The position numbers and the translations under genes were made by a program. A DNA stretch of 63,770 bases, counting the filler, from Asterionella formosa (lineage: Eukaryota), in NCBI GenBank assembly GCA_002256025.1. It is 19 parts of 19 records of this genome, joined end to end, with 100 filler letters (N's around TTAATTAATTAA, not from the genome) between each part and the next. Parts side by side here need not be neighbours in the genome. Positions count along the whole stretch, not along the records: positions 58,468 to 59,718 come from NKIB01003403.1; positions 59,819 to 61,069 come from NKIB01003404.1; positions 61,170 to 62,420 come from NKIB01003405.1; positions 62,521 to 63,770 come from NKIB01003407.1; 15 more parts are not named here. One strand, written 5' to 3'. Below the pieces are notes generated by a model. The model had not been told where the DNA came from. It ran no database searches and saw nothing but the letters and a program-made list of their open reading frames with translations. Below are positions 58,838 to 63,770 of this stretch, piece after piece; the first letter of the stretch is position 1; every line of letters begins with the position of its first letter.

Positions 58838-59818
58838 CGAGAAGGCAAGCAAGTAGCCGCCGAGAAGGGTAATGTTGAGGCAATTCCCGCTCTAGCTATC
58901 GTCGCGTCATTCGCTTCCCTAGTGCCCACAAATTTAGCGTAAATGTCAATTTTAGCCTACTATTGCCCATCATAAAAAAAATATTTTGGATATTTCCTAT
59001 CTTCACCTCGAAAATTGCCAAAGGTCCGATATTGCCCATCATTAAAATATATTTTGTTTATTTCATATGTGCGCATTTTGGCAAGACAACAGACGCCAAT
59101 TGCCCCTCGGTTTTTCAGACCTGGGATTGCCGAAATCGGCAAGGGGTCTACTTAAGGAAACCATTTTATATACTATACAGATTCTAGTAATTTATATCTA
59201 GAATTTACCTCGTTTTTGTTCCTTTCCTGAAAAGTGGACTTCGGCAATTCACCTTTCACCATGCCAATCGTCGTCCATCATGACCGGTTTGAAGCGAAAT
59301 CAGTTCCGTGATGACGCCAGTAGCGATTCTTTGCCTAACGGATGCGGTTGGTTGTTGGATTGCTTGTCTTCTCGAGGCATTCATGTAGACGCATCGTCCA
59401 TATTTCGTTGGACGAACGATGATATCGATACATCTGATGTTGGTGGCAAGTTTTTGCTCCGGTCATGTATGTAATGATTCTTAACGGATATTCTACCCGT
59501 TACCTGTAGTCATCTGGTCTACATACTTACGTGGTACTGAAAACAACCATGCATGGTTTAAGCTATGCTTTAATGCTTACTTTGAACACGTTATAATATT
59601 ATCTCTGTAGACTCGGTATTATTTTTACGAGACCTGAAATGTTGAATTATATCGTTCACATACTATTCATTGATTTTACGTACCAGGGTACCGTATGCCC
59701 GATTTCGTCCTCACAAATNNNNNNNNNNNNNNNNNNNNNNNNNNNNNNNNNNNNNNNNNNNNTTAATTAATTAANNNNNNNNNNNNNNNNNNNNNNNNNN
59801 NNNNNNNNNNNNNNNNNN

Positions 59819-60540
59819 ACCCTGACATGAAGAGCCACACCGGTGGCGTGATGTCTTTTGGAACTGGAGGTATCATATGCAAGTCGACCAAGCAGAAATT
59901 GAACACAAAGAGTTCGACGGAGGCTGAATTTGTGGGTGCCAGCGATTATCTCCCGAACACGCTGTGGGTAAAAATGTTTCTTGAAGCACAGGGATACAAG
60001 ATTCAAGAAAGTTTCTTCGAACAAGACAACGAGAGCGCAATTAAACTCGAGAAGAACGGACGAATTTCGGCAGGGCCAAAGTCTTGGCATATCAACATCC
60101 GTTATTTCTGGATTAAGGATCGATCGGTAGATGAAGGAATCACTGTTCGCCACTGTCCAACGTTGGAAATGTTGGGGGATTTTTTTACGAAACCACTGCA
60201 AGGAAACCTGTTCAGAACATTCCGAAATGTGCTTCTAGGAGCTGCGCACGTCGATACCCTGACTGCCAGTTCCCTGGCAACAGCTGAGGAGCGTGTTGGA
60301 AAAATTCGAGCTGACTGCCACAGGACAGGCGTGAAGGGTATAGTAGACACGAGAGAGAACAGTACTACAGTTAAAACCGTACAGCCACTACCAAGATTTA
60401 CCTGGGCCGACGTGGTAAAAGGCACAACGCAAGGAAAAGCAATCAGAGGTCAGGAAAAAATGCTAAAATGCAATGTGAGTAATAAGAGTGTTTCGAGACC
60501 ATTATCTCGAAACAATCCAGTTAGTAAAGTGAAAGTTTAA
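59819..60540 (+). CDS. Ty1/Copia pol C-terminus (RNase H), reading into the 3' LTR
   Basis: DMKSHTGG, KQKLNTKSSTEAEFVG, QDNESAIKLEKNG, HINIRYFWIKD and MLGDFFTKPLQG. Confidence 0.95.
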
Positions 60541-60648
60541 GTTTGACAACTTCCTTGTTGTTGCTATCAATTTCATCAACTGTATTCGATTAACATAGTA
60601 CTAGGTTCAAGGCCTACGATATGGTCGAATACGGTAGTTGTTACAACA
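60294..60648 (+). mobile_element. Putative 3' LTR of the Copia element (355 bp)
   Basis: Purine-rich GAGGAGCG directly precedes TGTTG...; the segment ends ...TTACAACA, giving TGTTG/CAACA inverted termini. The second LTR is not in the contig. Confidence 0.65.
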
Positions 60649-60829
60649 GTAAGTCTTGTTTCTTGTTTGACTGATCCTTTCCATGAAATCCATGAAATGC
60701 CATTTGGACAGTTATCGAAGGGCCAGGAGACAATGATGTAAAACAGTGGAAGGGAAACGCGGAGCTTTTCGCGGAGCTTATTGCGGCTGTGGAGGTGGAA
60801 CTGGTGTGATGGTAACCGAGTGTAGTAAT

Positions 60830-61069
60830 TGTTGAACAGAGGACAGTGTAATATGCATGTTCCGCCAGCGTAGTGTTTACACAATACACATGCTGGCATA
60901 TACCGGTATATAGCTAAAACAAGGAAAGACGACACGACAATGAACGTGATGGCTGGTTGTTGAGGATACCGGTATGTGATATGCATCAATCCATATCACA
61001 AATCATATTATAGTGATGTACATATCAACGAATCCGTATACTTAGATCCTATCCAATGTATAATACTTT
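60830..61069 (+). repeat. Dispersed repeat family copy 2, starting TGTTGAACAG
   Basis: Near-identical to 62698-62935. The flanks differ upstream of TTGTTGAAC. Confidence 0.9.
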
Positions 61070-61287
61070 NNNNNNNNNNNNNNNNNNNNNNNNNNNNNNN
61101 NNNNNNNNNNNNNTTAATTAATTAANNNNNNNNNNNNNNNNNNNNNNNNNNNNNNNNNNNNNNNNNNNNTGGGGTTACTCAGTCCCCATCAAGGAACAAC
61201 AACGATTTTTCACGTGCTCCTACTAGTTCAGTTTCAAGAACAGCAACTGTCAGGCGAGCATCAACGTTTCCAAGAGCTCGCCGAAGC

Positions 61288-61731
61288 ATGCAGAGTCGGG
61301 GTCAACAGTTCAGGATCAATGAGATTCTCTCATTGCTGGAAACCATTTCTACTCACCTGCCAATTGGGTCCCATGAATGGGAAGTTGTTGCATCACAGCA
61401 CAACGAGAATTTCCCAGACAAAGAACGGACAGGACCTTCACTTCGCCGAAAGTTTTCACAACTGCACAAAGTTAAGAAACCAACTGGGGACCCAACATGC
61501 CCTGCTGAGGTGAGATATGCCAAACAAATTTTTCGAAGAATCGAGCAACAATCAGATGCAAGTGCTGAGATTGAATCCACTGATCTTGGAATAGATAGAG
61601 AGCCCAATGAGCCCAATATTGATGAGCCAAATGTTGATGATGATTTTATAGCGATTTCTGGGGAGAGTGAAGACAATGGTGGAGCAACATCTGCCGCTCA
61701 TGCTAATTTTTCTGGTTCAAGATTTCCTTGA
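61288..61731 (+). CDS. Myb/SANT-like (DUF6818-type) protein, likely the Harbinger accessory ORF; 3' part frameshifted
   Basis: LLETISTHLPIGSHEWEVVA..HN..FP...RT..SLRRKFSQL...KPTGDPTCPAEVRYAK. A Q/M/S-rich tail continues out of frame to 62170. Confidence 0.75.
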   Translation: MQSRGQQFRINEILSLLETISTHLPIGSHEWEVVASQHNENFPDKERTGPSLRRKFSQLHKVKKPTGDPTCPAEVRYAKQIFRRIEQQSDASAEIESTDLGIDREPNEPNIDEPNVDDDFIAISGESEDNGGATSAAHANFSGSRFP

Positions 61732-62224
61732 CCTATGGTGTCCCCTCAATTTAGAGATAAGGCAGTGTCAAACAATAGTACTGGGCCTGTTGAAAAGTTC
61801 TTTCTCTTCTTTCGACACAGTTGCTTCACAAGGCTACTCGAACTGATACTGATAACCTGCAGCAGCAACAACAACAGCAGCAACAACTGCAGCAACAGAA
61901 CATGATGAACATGATGATGATGTCAATCATGGCATTTTGTTGAATCAGCATGGGGTATCTCAAACAACCACCTTCACTGACAGTGCCAATCCCACTCAGG
62001 CTATTATGAATTCAATTATTGCTTCAAACATGATTTCAATGCAGCAAACAATGCAAAGCCAAAATCTAACCTCGACAGCAGGTGCCAATGCACAAAAAAC
62101 TTTGTCTGCCTCAACTCAATGTCAAACACCAAAAAACAACAGTGGTAGCAGTAGTAGTGATGATGAATAACCTTAAATTAATTCATTCTAATATAATGTG
62201 AAAGAAGTGGTGCTAAATTTTGTT

Positions 62225-62420
62225 CATGGGTCCATCCATTGTAGAAGTTGTTCTGCTGTGTTTCATTTCCAGCCTGTTGCAGGGTCAGTTTCCGACCATC
62301 CATTGCTCCCCAACAATTTGTTATAAGTGGGTATTTCTGATTGATCATGGTTGCAAACAAGGTGGCTTCGTCTGCAGTAGGCAGTCTCACAACGGCATCT
62401 TCATGTGTCAGCAGTACTTT
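62225..62420 (-). pseudogene. PIF/Harbinger (DDE_Tnp_4) transposase fragment, truncated
   Basis: VRLPTADE...KYPLITNCWGAMDGRKL.LQ...QNNFYNGWTH, after which similarity ends. Confidence 0.8.
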
Positions 62421-62520
62421 NNNNNNNNNNNNNNNNNNNNNNNNNNNNNNNNNNNNNNNNNNNNTTAATTAATTAANNNNNNNNNNNNNNNNNNNNNNNN
62501 NNNNNNNNNNNNNNNNNNNN

Positions 62521-62697
62521 CTTTCTCCAGTGATTTCGCCTATTGACCGACCAACAGTTGCTACACTTCCTCCTGATGCACCCCCAGTTTCTTCTGTATC
62601 TCCAGTCGCTTCTCCTAGCCCAATCACAATGGGTCCTATTACATCTGTTTCTCCAGTGATTTCGCCTATTGATCGGCCAACACTTGCTACAATTCCT
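62521..62697 (+). other. Pro/Ser/Thr-rich coding-like fragment with an internal repeat (126-bp spacing), cut by the repeat insertion
   Basis: SPVISPIDRPT(V/L)AT occurs twice (62522, 62648). Confidence 0.45.
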
Positions 62698-63770
62698 TGT
62701 TGAACAGAGCACAGTGTAATATGCATGTTCCGCCAGCGTAGTGTTTACACAATACACATGCTGGCATATACCGGTAAATAGCTAAAACAAGGAAAGACGA
62801 CACGACAATGAATGTGATGGCCGGTTGTTGAGGATACCGGTATGTGATATGCATCAATCCATATCACAAATCATATTATAGTGATGTACATATCAACGCA
62901 TCCGTATACTTAGATCCTATCCACTGTATAATACTATCATATTAATTGTTGACTTTAACTGTATACATTAAACGACAAACACATATATTAATTAACATAC
63001 TTTATGATTGCTTGATTTATTTTCTATGATGTCTTGGTAACACTTGCGTACATATTTTATCGTATTTTATTATCATTGTATTATTTTAACATAATCATAT
63101 TTTGATCAAAATTATATCATATATATTTTATAAAATCATCATAATTTTAGGATCAATGTATCATAGCTATGTGATGTACTTTATTCAATATTACGTATCA
63201 TACTTTGGTGATGTATGTATCGATGCAACCTTATCATGATATCACAGTATCATCTTATCAATCATGATGAGATGATTGGGAAGCAACTGTATTCTGCATT
63301 GTGCTACAGGGTATATTATTATATCACGCAATTTAGTAGCGAAGTCACTCCGCCTATAATGTACTAAAGTCGACAGTGCACATACCGGTACTCAAACGCT
63401 AATCAAGTTTGAGGCAACGGACAGTGGTTCCAACGAGCGAATGATGATACCACGGGTACCAATTTTTCCAACGAAAGAACTTGTCTCTCTATTGATAAAG
63501 ATGACACGGACACCGACTTTTCCAGGAGCAAACAACAATGAAGAGACCCACTTGTCGCTCTATTGATGGTAACAAAGATACGGACAAGTTCAACAGTGAA
63601 TACAAGAACAACACACCATTGAAAACAAGTCGACAGTGTGTGCACGCACACGCCAAGCAAGTTTGAGGCAACGGACCATTCCAACAAGCAAATGACGATA
63701 CAGATATCAAATTCTTCCTACGAGCAAACAACAATGAAAAGAGCCACTTGCTTTCGCTCTCTTGATTGTA
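62698..63770 (+). repeat. Dispersed repeat family copy 3 (over 1.07 kb, starts TGTTGAACAG, internal sub-repeats)
   Basis: Matches 23161-24099 (inverted) and 60830-61069. CAAGTTTGAGGCAACGGAC and GAGCAAACAACAATGAA each recur within 63400-63770. Confidence 0.92.

Noticed and set aside
60712..60810. DUF6824-like exon (IEGPGDNDV...GNAELFAELI)
   Set aside because: It is too short and lacks the central GRG motif, so it cannot be supported.
46197..63770. Apparent gene cluster (fucosyltransferase, SLC13, ShK-P4H, LINE, Copia, Harbinger)
   Set aside because: Each lies on a separate contig of about 1.25 kb, ordered by length, so there is no evidence of linkage.

Overview
Eukaryotic nuclear DNA, almost certainly from a diatom. 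The evidence is bipartite plastid-targeting peptides, short GT-AG introns, diatom-type Copia, LINE and Harbinger relics, and diatom-type SET, ShK and RGLE-motif proteins. The window is NOT one locus: it is 19 contigs joined by an artificial 100-bp linker (44 N + TTAATTAATTAA + 44 N). Two contigs are about 20 kb (1356-21706 and 25869-46196) and seventeen are about 1.25 kb, so adjacency across linkers is meaningless. Host genes include a secreted tandem-SET protein, MgtE, an EGF/TM protein, a P4H-like oxygenase, a CRY-DASH-like protein, importin alpha, cytosolic GAPDH, an ABC1 kinase, a TL29-like protein and a Ser/Pro-rich secreted protein. There are also partial M11 peptidase, fucosyltransferase-like, SLC13 and ShK genes. 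Three signals stand out. (1) A pervasive TA(CCWGG|CCGG|CWG...)TA motif grammar that is present or absent between paralogous repeat copies and clusters upstream of genes; these are probably iterated transposon excision footprints. (2) A family of about 1-1.2 kb TIR elements chained through single shared TTAA sites, each with a covarying internal hairpin and a small acidic ORF. (3) An apparently intact DD35D pogo transposon carrying a convergent Cys/His + HIRAN-like accessory gene. All family assignments come from motif recognition by eye, not from database searches.
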